A stretch of DNA of 40,940 bases, from positions 61,220,834-61,261,773 of the forward strand of contig NC_068984.1 of assembly GCF_001194135.2 (NCBI RefSeq), given 5' to 3'. Below the pieces are notes generated by a model, which saw only the letters and a list, made by a program, of their open reading frames with translations, did not search any database and was not told the DNA's origin. This stretch comes from Octopus bimaculoides. Its lineage: Eukaryota. The translations under genes were made by a program, and so were the position numbers. Shown piece by piece: positions 1 through 11,800 of this stretch (the first letter of the stretch is position 1; every line of letters starts with the position of its first letter).

Positions 1-92
1 CAGGACACCTTGCATGCTAGAAAGGGCAGACAAAGCCCAAACATGAATTGGTTTGGGCTTTGACTGTCCTTTCTAGTATGTAAGGTGTCCTG
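1..92. repeat. 42-bp-arm inverted repeat (hairpin), probably the core of a palindromic MITE truncated by the window edge
   Basis: 1-42 (caggacaccttgcatgctagaaagggcagacaaagcccaaac) is the reverse complement of 51-92 apart from 4 positions; 8-nt loop atgaattg. Confidence 0.9.
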
Positions 93-150
93 TCAAATGT
101 CACCTATGTCGTGTATAAATACTTAAATTGTTTAAATACTATTATACATG

Positions 151-210
151 AAAGCCCACGGTGGTGCACCAGCATGACCGCAGCCACTTGGCTGAAACAC
201 ATAAATAAAT
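151..210 (+). mobile_element. SINE 3' tail fragment
   Basis: ggtggtgcaccagcatgaccgcagccacttggctgaaacacataaataaa resembles the tails at 25590-25655, 37045-37095 (-) and 40401-40460 (-). Confidence 0.6.
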
Positions 211-935
211 ATATATATATATATATACACACATATATGCACTTGTATGTGCGCGTGTGTGAAAATGTATAAGGAATCCTCCTTAAAGATGAAATGTAAT
301 TATGGTGACATCTGTATTTATATAAATGTAGGATTATTAACTGTAAGCCCAGGTATTTATATATACTACAGCAGACAAAGATAAGCACACTAGTGTTTTG
401 ATGCATTTGTTCTTGCATATTTACGAAAATATTTGGAAATATTTTAAAGGTTATCGGAGGAGTTCGAATCTGGCACTTAATGAGTTACAAGAGATTTTTA
501 ATGAGTAAGCGCTTTATACATTAATAAAATAGTCAAAAGCAAATTAAAGAACGTTATATAATACTGTTGTGAATTATTATTATATTATCTTATAATTGAC
601 TAACTTTATTAAGAGGAGATTTATGAAACAATAATGTGTTCACATCTTCACTCTGCGAACTGTAACTACTCTGTTAATGTTCGACTAAATTATAGACTAA
701 TTAGCTTCCTTAAACTATCGCATAATGATATATTTGCATATACGCACACGCACATACACACACACAGATAGATATACATACATATATGCATTCATATAAA
801 GCTTGTTGCATGTGCTTTCATCTCACCCAACACATGTGTAGCTGCTCTGTATGTGTCCTCTACACCTTCCCCTAACGTCTGTATTTTATACAAAGTGTTA
901 ATTAAAAAAACACTGAACCAACCAATATGTATATT

Positions 936-1145
936 TGTTTCAATTTTTGCACAAGCCCAGCAATTTGGGGAAAGCGGTTAAATCTATTACAACCATCCCC
1001 GTGCTCAACTGGTACTTATTTTGTCGACTGCGAAAGGATGAATGGCAAAGTTGATCTCGACAGAACTTAATTCAGAACATAAAAACGGATGAAATGCTGT
1101 TAATTGCGCCCTGAATACTAATCATTCCGCTAGCTAGCCACTTTA
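936..1145 (-). mobile_element. tRNA-derived SINE (octopus-type), diverged copy
   Basis: Minus strand reads ...gcggaatgattagtattcagggcgca...ttctgaattaagttctgtcgagatcaactttgccattcatcctttcgcagtcgacaaaataagtaccagttgagcacgggga...ttgctgggcttgtgcaaaaattgaaa. It aligns by eye with the + copy at 19966-20128 and the - copy at 38395-38485. Confidence 0.75.
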
Positions 1146-1686
1146 CCTAATATTTATATTGGCTGTCATTATATAGAGATAATCCGTTTTATATTGTTTT
1201 ATATTTCTACTATACATGAACATATGTTACGTTTTTTATAGCTGAGAGAAGAAGCAGTAACATAGTATCTAACTTCAATCAAAACTATATAAGTGCAGAT
1301 CTCATATGATAATCCCTAATATAAAAAAAAGAATATAAGACTAAGTTTTTGTATATTCACAATGTCTCACGCGTGTAGTAAGGCAATAACCGAAATTGAG
1401 TATAGTTATCACATTTTTCTTAGTAGTTTTCGATTTAATATTGATATGACTACAAGCAAAAAAAAAAGACGAGTCTACGTGGGCACTTGCGCTTGTTCCA
1501 AGAAGTTGCTCGAAATAGCATTCAAAACTACTCCAAATCCACCTTGGTATCTTTTTCAGAAGGGACATATTGAATAACGCACCCGGATCATATTAGACCT
1601 ACGGAAATCGCATCCCCCCACCAAAAAGGAGATGGTTACAGCTTTTAATCTTAGATCTACTCTAGGTAAGCCAGTTGAAGATTATA

Positions 1687-1885
1687 CAAGCAACAAAGCA
1701 AGAGCAACGCTTAACAACAGCAACAGTGGCAGCAGCAGCAACAATAGTAACAACACCACCGTAAACAATATCAACAACAGCAGCAGTAGCAGAAACAAAA
1801 AGGATAGTAACAACAATGAAAGCGATAGTCACAACAATAATGATGTGATTGATAAGAGCAAGAATTGTAACCATAGCAATAAGAA
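1687..1885. repeat. Degenerate (CAA/CAG)n low-complexity tract
   Basis: Runs of aac/agc/aat triplets; explains the N/S-rich ORF 1632-1901 and its V/I/A-rich antisense ORF. Confidence 0.85.
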
Positions 1886-2625
1886 AACAAATGGTAATTA
1901 AAGATAGATCTTTAACTGAAAGTAAATAGGCTTTAGTTCGAAATGATTGATTGAGAATATTCTGAAGACTTTAAGGCTGATGATTCAGAAAGTCATCGCA
2001 AATCAACATTGATTACAAATAATTTATAAATATTTAAGAAAACCATGCAACTTAATGTACGTAGATGAGATGTAATATATTTCCAGTATCTTTTTTATCG
2101 AAAAATGTAGGTATAACTTTATTGAGTTTTATACATTCTCTCATAACGCTGTATAGAATAAATAATCTTTATATCTATCAAGGCAGCCTATCATTTTTCC
2201 ATCTAAAGAGAAATATTTAAATTTGACAGACATGTACGTCTACTACGTAAATTTCTTGCGTGGAGGGTTCCCCGTTGACAGACACCCTGATATTAAGTAA
2301 AATGTCCAACATTCAAAGCAAGCAAATTAGCGGTTTCAGTCTCCAGTGGTAATAAATTTGATATGGATATAAAAGGATTTGTAGCTCCTTACTATACTTT
2401 GGGTTAGTCAAGTGATGAACATACCTCTGATGCAACCTCAATGAAGGAGGAGATTCAATTCAAACTGTTCATAATTTTCAGTCAGCGGAAAAATAGGTAT
2501 ATCTGATATGATTCTGTGCATATATACATATATATATATATTATATATATATATANNNNNNNNNNNNNNNNNNNNNNNNNNNNNNNNNNNNNNNNNNNNN
2601 NNNNNNNNNNNNNNNNNNNNNNNNN

Positions 2626-2657
2626 TATCACTATTATTATTATTATTATTATTATTA

Positions 2658-2739
<82 letters not shown>

Positions 2740-2757
2740 CATTATTATTATTATTAC
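2626..2757. repeat. (TAT)n microsatellite after an N-gap
   Basis: Directly visible; source of the poly-I and poly-L ORFs. Confidence 0.95.
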
Positions 2758-3530
2758 CGTTATTAATGATCTTAATAAGGTAATAATAAGGTGGCTAGCA
2801 AGTTCACACAGTTACAGGCAAAATATAAGCTAAATTTAGATTCAGTAGAGTATATAGTGCCACTTGCTAAAATCACAGTCAAACCTCCAAAACCATCAGA
2901 AACTTACAATAAAGATACACACGAGCAATACAATGAACATATAATAAATAGGCTTACCTTTGCGTTGAATACATCAGTAAGTAATGTATATTTCGATACC
3001 AATTGATTTCACCCTCTGTATGGCCAATATACTCTCGGATCTTCAGTTGAAAATAACATTTTAACATCTTTTACGAAAATATTCACTACATAAGCTCGTG
3101 TGCGTCCCTTAATTTAAAAGTCCCGCTCCGTTTAAAAGAAATCTATCACGAGGACGAATAAGTTGTAAATGAAGATGTATTATTACCGTTATCAAGGACA
3201 TTAATAAGGTAATAATAATGTGGCTAGCTAGCAAGTTCACACCGTTACAGCCACAATTTAAGCTAAATTTAGATTCAGTAGGGTATATAATACCACTTGC
3301 TAAAATCACAGTCAAGCCTCCAAAACCATCAGAAACACACGATATAAATACACACGAGCAATGCAGTGAACATACAAGAAATAGGCTTACCTTTGCGTTA
3401 AATTCACCAGTAAGTAACGTATATTTCAATACCAACTGATTTCACCCTCTGTTTGACCAACATACTCTGGGATCTTTTGTTAAAAATATCATTTTTAACA
3501 TCTATTTCTAAAATATTTACTACATTAACT
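2749..3530. repeat. Two-copy tandem duplication, ~433 bp period
   Basis: Units start at tattaccgttat (~2752 and ~3181). ggcttacctttgcgtt recurs at 2951 and 3384. About 23 substitutions and no indels over the ~207-nt aligned ORF segment (hand count). Confidence 0.92.
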
Positions 3531-5833
3531 CATAGATTTGATCACTATAATCAAATTATTTGTACAGGTCGTTCGGCAAAATCTCAACACTCATACGTCG
3601 TCTTCGACGAGAGTCCATCCTGTATACACACACGCACACACACACACACGCACACACGCACACACACACACACACAGACACACACACACACACACACACA
3701 CAAATGCTATATATACATGATAGCGCCTATGTTTGTGCATGCATCTATATTTATTCCTGTATTACTTTAGTTTTCTGTCATTGTACACCATCTATACAGC
3801 GTCGTCATCTCCAGAATTGTATTCTATCATACCAATCTCAATACTCATTTCAGTCTTACATTGTATCGATCTCTATCGACTTCAGTGCAAATGCATCGGT
3901 GGATCCGAGGAAGCGGCATGTCAAATGTACAGCTGAGTTGGATAACTCGCAACACGTTCCAGACGCGAATTCCTTAACTATCCTACTCTGCCTACAATTA
4001 TCAGTATATGCAAAATTTATATATGATATCTTACATTTGATATTTATACTTATTTCGATGTTTATTCGGAGTCATATATAAAATGATTTTTGTTGAAACT
4101 TTGCTGAATTTAGATTCAAGACTAATGTGAATACCTACTGAAACTGCAAACAATAGAATATTTGCGGTATCAGAACAAATCAACTATAATCAATTAACAT
4201 AGATTCAAAATCAAGTAATAAAACTTAACCGGGACGATATCTATATGTATATATTCGCAGAACGCCTGACGTTCCTAAGCCGGTACTACGAGAACATTGC
4301 TTGCCATTAAAACTATATAATTTTTACTCACCTTGGTAGGTCGAAAGAATAACAAAAACCAGAATAAAGCTTAAAGAAATGATTTAACATACATAGGACC
4401 AAATGTATAGCGATGAATGAATTCTTTGTGATATTAACATGAAATCAAAATAGTTGCTAGGAAATGCTAGAATATAGTTCTAAGTTCATGAATGCCGAAA
4501 TTGTGGATACTCAGGATGTTTGAAAAATCCAAATGTGGAAGAATGTTTTTATTTTTTTTTTGTTTTACATCCATGAACACAAGAAAAAACGGTACAAAGT
4601 GGAATTTGAAAGATTTTATAGAAAAATTCCTTTGCGCTGCGCCACCGATATATTTCAGAATTTTAAAACACTCTCCCAGCTCACTCGAAATGTTTTGTCT
4701 ACGATTATTGCTCCACTTTCAGACGGTCATTTATTTTAAACAAGTCGACTGTCTGTAAGCCTGGAGCATTTTAGTTATGTATTGCAGGCAAGTCTCTATC
4801 AAATTATAAGCTCCTATAGCATGTAATGTGCTGACGGTGTAGTGCATGGTATACTAAATGTTAAGATAGTTATATCTGGGACGTTTTTTTTTTATATCGA
4901 TTTGCTCGATCAGAGATCGCCTGATTTAAACAACCAGAAGAGTAACAGCAACAGTAGCAGCAGCAGAGGCAGCAGAGGCAGCCCTCAGAGCAACAAAAAC
5001 CAACTTATGTTCTCCTCTAAATAGATATCCTTGATGTAACAAAACTGTCTCTATGATGCCTGATTTTTAAAATACTCCAACTGAAAACTCTATAACTGGC
5101 AACGAATATAATACAACACTTTGTTTTCAAAGCGGGTTCCAATATTTTAAAGCATTACTTGTTTACAAGTCTGTGTTTATAAATTTAATTAACATTTCAT
5201 TTTCTCGAACTGTTTTACTTTAAAAAATACCCAGAAGGAAAGAAAAACGTCAATGATTACCTATTGAAATGCAAAAGAATAGGACTGTTGGACAATAAGT
5301 TGTTTTTCTTTCGTATAGCTGGTTGATTGCTGTCTACAATTTCATACCGACATTACTACAAAATCTGCAATAATTATTAGACCTTAGACAGTAATATTAT
5401 TTTGTACGAAATTCTTTAAGATTAAAATAATGTCTTATATGTGTATGTTTCTGACATATTCATGTTTGAAATAGGCTCTTAAAAGTACTTTGATTTACCA
5501 TTCACTCTTATGCACATACAGTGACGGTCAATAAATATAAATGTCAACTGAAAGGGGTATGTTCTTCTTTAATAATTTATTTGCCAAAAGACAGACGGAG
5601 TTCTATTTTAAAGTAATTTTAATTCGGCGATTGACTTCCCTAGCCTTTAATGTCTAGAGGTATTTATTTATTAGGATAATGAAAATGTCTCATAAGTTAC
5701 AGTAAGATTGACAAAATGTTTCCTAAGCTTGTGTATAGCAGAGTTCTCCAAAGTTGATGTAATTTACTCATTCAGAATTTTGACAGGCACACATAGAGAG
5801 GTATGCATATATATGTATATATATATATACATG

Positions 5834-5885
<52 letters not shown>

Positions 5886-6314
5886 NNNNNNNNNNACATA
5901 CACACATATGCGTACATAGATATAGACACACACAAACACACACACACATATATGTATGTGTTTCATGTATATATATATATATATATATGACCGTCCGGTC
6001 ATTCCTTAATGTTGAACCGTTTATCCCTACACATTTTTATTCTCTTTCCGTTTGTTTCCTTCTCTCTCCATTTTTCCTTCTCCAACCTTTCTGTCGAAGA
6101 GCGTTGGCTCAAAATGTCAAACACTTTTCCATTCCCGATTATCAGGCTAATACATCTGCTTTTTGTTCCCTCTCTTGTCTTTGTTTTTTGTTTTTTTTTG
6201 CGTATATATGTATGTGTATGTATGTATGTATGTATGTATGTATGTATGTTTGTATGCATGAATGAATGTATGTATGTATGTATGTATGCATGCATGAATG
6301 TATGTATATATGTA

Positions 6315-7334
6315 CTAACTTTTAAGCAAGCTCCGGTGGAGGGCTCTTTATTGGGCCTTGGGCCCAACAATGACACTTCATGCATTGAGTACATATTAAA
6401 TTCTATTAAACTTGCACAACATTTTTCAAGCAATGAGCAATTCTCATCAAAACAATGATATAATTTGTTGACTTCGAACGTGTTGCATAGCTCCATGACA
6501 AACAACATTTTTTGTCTTCCCATTCAGAGTCAGTACAAATAGCTTGTTTCCATTCCCTACCTTCGTACAATCAGCATATAGCTGGCCGTAGGCAACAATA
6601 AACTTACTTTACCTTTTAAAAGTTCAACGATAATTATTCTGCTGCTACTTAATTTAAAGACAATTTAATGTACGTAGGACATTACTTTTCGCACAAACAA
6701 TTATTTGTAGTAGCTGATACGCATCTAAACTCCTGTTCGTAGTTTGAAGTAAAATTACACTGTCGCTAAACACTATTTTAAAGTGAGATTTTTGTGGCTT
6801 GGAATTGCTTTAAACGTATGTGACCATAACGATGATTGAAATTTAGTATTCTTTAAGGTAACAATAAAATTAGTTGAATCTATTTTCATGCAGTCGGAGC
6901 GTGCTAAGTTTCCATGGCTCCGACGGCCGACAGCATGTTAAATAGGTCCGACAAATTTTATTAATATCTGAAAATGTACTAAGTTTCCAATATTTTAAAG
7001 GTAATATTGTATGAAAGGTAATATTGTATGAGAGATAATATTGTATGAAAGAGTGTGTTCAATACGTACCTCTGTTCCTAACGTTTTGAAGCACGAGTTA
7101 TGGTTAAATTACTTGATACAGTTATAATATTTAGAGAAATATTTTTTCAAAATTTTAGGATTAAGAAAAACCCAAGAATGACGAATAGTAGAAGAGTCAT
7201 TGAATAGTGACAGAGGGGTAAAGCATGAGGAATAGTAAAAGTGTTATTGAATAGTGAGAGGTGTTGGAGGAGTAAAGTTGAAAAGTGTGACACACTGACA
7301 CACTGACAGTCGCTTTCGCATTTATTATTGTAGA
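6315..7334 (-). mobile_element. Non-autonomous Helitron with both termini and a remnant of the helicase C-terminus
   Basis: Minus 5' end A|TCTACAATAATAAATGCGAAAG (7334) resembles known animal Helitron TC starts. Minus ~6595-6455 translates AYGQLYADCTKVGNGNKLFVLTLNGKTKNVVCH, like Helitron motif VI HGQLYVACSRVG..LFV..GKTKNVVY. The 3' end has a ctcc-acc-ggag hairpin ~12 nt before TTAG|T (CTAG-like). Inserted at A|T. Confidence 0.75.
6998..7052. repeat. Three ~17-bp tandem repeats (aaggtaatattgtatga) inside the Helitron
   Basis: Directly visible. Confidence 0.85.
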
Positions 7335-8644
7335 TGTATACGTGACAATTACATTATAACATATCTAATGCATTCCAGCAGTGGCAAGCGTAAATATGCT
7401 AAACGCATACATCTTGAGGCTCCAGTTTTTTTTTCTTTTCAGGTGATATGTGTTCACTATATACCTGATTCATTCACATATTGAAATGAAGACACTGCAG
7501 TGTTTCGCGGTAGTTCTCTCTATTTATGAAATTTACACCCATATCGTTAAATCTAAATAAGAATTGTGGTTTTAGTTTGTAGAATAAAGCAAATGAATTA
7601 TTTAGAAATACATTATTTGCGTTATGTGATACGTACTGATATTCACCCAATCAATAACAAATTATGACGTACACATTCACTCTTAATATGTTCGGGCAGA
7701 ACGTAGATATGCTTATCGGTGTTTCAGAAGATGAGTTTTCTCAACTCACTTCATATATTGTTGTAAGAAAATTCTGACACATTGCCGTGTTTCAACATAG
7801 TGGTATTTCATCGGTTGAAGTCACCCTCGGATCAATGAATCAAAATAACTATTAACAGAAAGAAGAGCAAGCTTTTTAATAGAAGTTCGGTGTCTTACGT
7901 GAGCTTATTTTAAATATTTTCAGCACATATATTTCTATTTTTTTCTATTCTTATTTAAATTAAATTTATTTATTTTTAAGTAACACCATGCTTCATTCGC
8001 TATTCATTATCATCAAAATGAATTTGTAAATGCGAAATATGTTAGAAGGCACAGTTAGTGTGTCTTAAAGAAAAGCTATCGCAGCAACCATACAAAGGCA
8101 AATGGAATATTTATGTGCTATAGCATACCTTCTAAATATTAAGCAACTGATCTTTTAGTGCTGATACTGTCTTACTAAACCAATGTCACTGAAAACAAGA
8201 GAATAAGAAAATCTGCTGAAAAATAAATGTCTAGTGTATATGGAGCTATATAAAACATCACAACGATTATACAACTCTTACTGATAGTTTAATATATATT
8301 CTAAATAAGAGAATTATGTGTCCACTATGTGAAAAATTCTATAATTTATTAATTGCTTTCTGAAGGGTCTCAAAAAATGTTTCTCCATAAATCAGTTTAA
8401 TAAAATATACATCCGAAATAACATAAATCGTCTAAGATTCAGCGTTAAAGACAGTAGGGGAAATTAATGACTACTTAATAAACTTTATCAAACGTCAGAA
8501 AAGTTCAACCGAAATATGTTTCTATATATTCTTTTTGCCTTCATGTTTCTCATCTGTAACCTTTCTTTATATTCCGTTTTTTATGTTATACGTTCTACTT
8601 CTTTTGCAAGTAAATTTGAAGTAATAAAAAATATTGCTATCCAG

Positions 8645-8808
8645 AGGAGCCTCTGAGAAGATATATGATTCATCCACCTGCGTCAGTGACAGCCTTTTTA
8701 AAGGTATCGAGAGACCTTGTAATCCTGAAAGTCTTGCAAATAACCTATTTATTGCATATTGTAACGGTGATAAACGGGTCAAACACTTCACTAACATGTC
8801 ACGTTCTG
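8645..8808 (+). CDS. Candidate internal exon, product unknown
   Basis: tatccag| acceptor, TCTG|gtaagg donor and two open frames (GASEKIYDSSTCVSDSLFKGIERPCNPESLANNLFIAYCNGDKRVKHFTNMSRS or EPLRRYMIHPPASV...TCHVL). A strong acceptor follows 163 nt later (ttttctttcag|8972). No family recognised. Confidence 0.3.
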
Positions 8809-8821
8809 GTAAGGAATTTTG

Positions 8822-8862
<41 letters not shown>

Positions 8863-11800
8863 ACTGGAATACAGATCAGGATCCCAGAAGTTATAGAATT
8901 ATAGTCCCATACAATCCAGAAATTGTGGTTTCCTCATCCTATTCTACATCAAATGTTCATTTTTCTTTCAGGACCTTTATAAAATTGAAGAATATTTCAC
9001 GGGCTGTTGTCTCTAATTTACGCGCACAGCTGCCTTTCATCTAACACAATCAACTAATTTCTGAGACAGAAATCTTTAATATTCTATTGTTATTATTGTG
9101 TTTAAACTTGTCGTCTCTCTTCTGACTATAATATATTATCCAAGGTTTCGAAAGTGTTGCCTCCTACGCTTGCATAGAATCCGTTTGCCATAGGAAATAA
9201 CTTATATAAAGCTTAAGAAAGAACAACCACATAAGAAACGTTTCTCTATTCAGAGTGTGTTCTCTATACTGTATTTTTGAGTTTATCTAGCATTTCTAAG
9301 AATTCTTACCGAATCATATAGCCATGGTAAATTTTGAATAGAAGTCATTTATCGAAACTCACCTTTCTTCAATGGCTTGGATGTATACATCCGCACCGAC
9401 ATCGACAGAAAAATCAAAGAATTGAAATTTGTTATAATTGTGAACTATCGTCAGCAAACATTGTTAAGCGTCACTTCTTTGCACGTAAACATTCTATTAT
9501 GTCAACTCAAACTACCTCGTCTGATTCTGTTCAAGCTCAACAAATGTGATTATTTCCTGAGCCTATCTAAGCAAATAAATCAATATCCCGATACGATCTT
9601 CCTCGATATATCACTCCGCATTCAACTTAGTACTAAATGTTACAATACACTCTAATCGCATCCGCATATAAAAGAACCTTCTAGAAGCCCTTGAATGTTT
9701 TTTTTTCTATTTGCTAATATTTTTCTAATATTCAAAAATTATACAGCACTGTTTCAAAAAAAGGAGAAACAGTTATCATACTTTGGCCCAGTCTTGTAAA
9801 TTAATTTTAAAGATTAGTTTAAATTTCCTAAATTAACTCTCTCTATATTGTCTAAATGTTGTTAAAACAATTGCAACAAGATGTTATCTCTTTTATCCAA
9901 ATGCGAAGAAATATCAGTTATTTAAATTATGTACATGGTACTCTGAATGCCATTCATTAACCTATTCGAATTTATGTGACTGAACCATTTTCCTCAGATT
10001 ATTTTATGTCTTAAGTATGTAAATTTTAACAAGATTTCGTAATTCTTTTTGCATATGTAAAAGTCTATGTCTGCTATTAAAGAATGCTAGAGTAGACTAT
10101 ACTCTGATGATGAGCTGTAACAGAGCAAAGTATGTACTCGACTATCCCTTGTATGCAAAGGTTGTTAGGGCTTTGTCTTGCTACGGCAACTGACATTGAC
10201 AGATAAACATAATTGCTTGAAATTTACTTTCTTTCTTTTGGTAGTTAATATTTGTCACCAGATTTCTTTCTCAGAGTAGACTGGATATTTCAATTAAGAT
10301 GCATGTATGAAACAACAAGTTACTACATACCCCACTAATTTATTCAGATCTTTAACATAGATAAAAAATTTAAGGTTAATGAAGCTGACAATAGTTCTGG
10401 TGAATCAAGGATGACTAGTAGCTAAACATCAACAAGACCTCTTTAATGAGCGGCGTAGAAAGTACCGAGCACATAAATAATTTAAATAACTGAAATTTCC
10501 TTAGCTTTTGAATAAATGAAATAAAATCTTGTCGAAAGTGTTAAGAAGTGCTTTAACAGCTAGCTGGGACGTGGTTGTCATCCACAATTATATCATCAAG
10601 CGAACACCAGAAACATTCAAGAATGCTTTCGAATAAAACATGAAATATAAGGTTTCTGAATGCTCAGATTACAGTCAACTTTTGTTGTTTGCAACCCAAC
10701 AAGATTTGCAAAACACTCATACTTAACATTCTATGATTAAATTGGTTCTACTCTAGATACATCCTCTTCCTATGCTAGCTGCAAATTTTCCTTCACATTC
10801 AAAACTCACGCACTCATCACAATGTTTCCGAAAACCTTTCCTCTCAACTTGATTTCTATGGTAGCAAGGTTTCATATTTAGTCGCTAATCCTTGAAATAT
10901 GTTCAAGCAGTTTGCTTCAGTACTAGTTTAAAATTTTCAGTATTTCTTTCTCTACAAAACCAGCAAACTGATTGTACGTTATTACTAATAAAAGAAACAT
11001 CCTAGAATCTTTCAAATGCTAGCGAATCACCTGCATAGAATTGTCACCTAAATCCTTTGTAAGTAAAAGCTTTTAGGACTGTATTGAAAGAGAGAGATAT
11101 ACGGAAAGAGAAACAAAGGAATTATACCTTAAATATATATGTTCATATGTGTGCTTCATTGATTAGAGGAGAGGCGGTTTATTAGATAAATTATAGATAT
11201 ACATGTAAGCGAAGTGTCATTTTTGCACGATATACTAGATTTCATAATTCGTAGCAGGTATGATGAAGATATGCGAACAGCAGTGTGATTTGGTTTGCAT
11301 TTAGTCTTTTGCAGACTTCAGAAGGTGCTCAAGAGTTCAGTATTAACTTCTTTCGCCACGGTGTATACATTAGTATTTGACCAAATTAGCATAAGACATT
11401 GTCAGAAATTGCGAAGCATAGATATCTACAGATATAAGGCTTGTAGCTACCTGTTAGCGTTGCTAGATGAACCACAAGTTTATACAAATTTGAGATTGTG
11501 AACAGAAAATATAAAAGATCATCAAAACATCAAATTTGTTTCAAAGTTCTAAGGCTACATTAGAAAAATTTACCAAACATTTACTTAAAAACGTCATTTC
11601 ACAATTAAAGTTTTCATATCTGTGAAGTTTTCAAAAATTCCTTTGAAAGCGGAGAAAGATGTTATTTCGTTGATATATGCTTTATTGCAGTTGAAAAGGA
11701 CAGCTAGTCCGATCTGATGTATGTTTTCAATCGCTGTAAATACAGTGCAGATTGCGTGTGAATTATCTAAACTGCATATTGATGATGGCTTGTGTGCATG

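Noticed and set aside
1630-1680. Minus gattaaaagctgtaacc, resembling the sequence downstream of hammerhead 1
   Set aside because: No catalytic core nearby, and the similarity is too short and AT-rich.
3850-3936. HCIDLYRLQCKCIGGSEEAACQ, an EGF-like cysteine spacing
   Set aside because: It stops three codons later, has no suitable donor and covers only part of an EGF pattern; could be chance.
6998-7052. Short direct repeats as a CRISPR-like array
   Set aside because: No spacers, eukaryotic context and simple tandem repeats.
7488-7510. Minus-strand GAAACAC-tgca-GTGTC, a perfect stem III plus GUC
   Set aside because: No CUGANGA or stem II partner found upstream; explained by the palindrome acactgcagtgt.
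10088-10142. ctctgatgatgagctgtaacagagcaaagtatg hairpin, hammerhead-like
   Set aside because: GAAA is absent (gcaaa) and no NUH or stem III can be placed; at most a heavily decayed relic.
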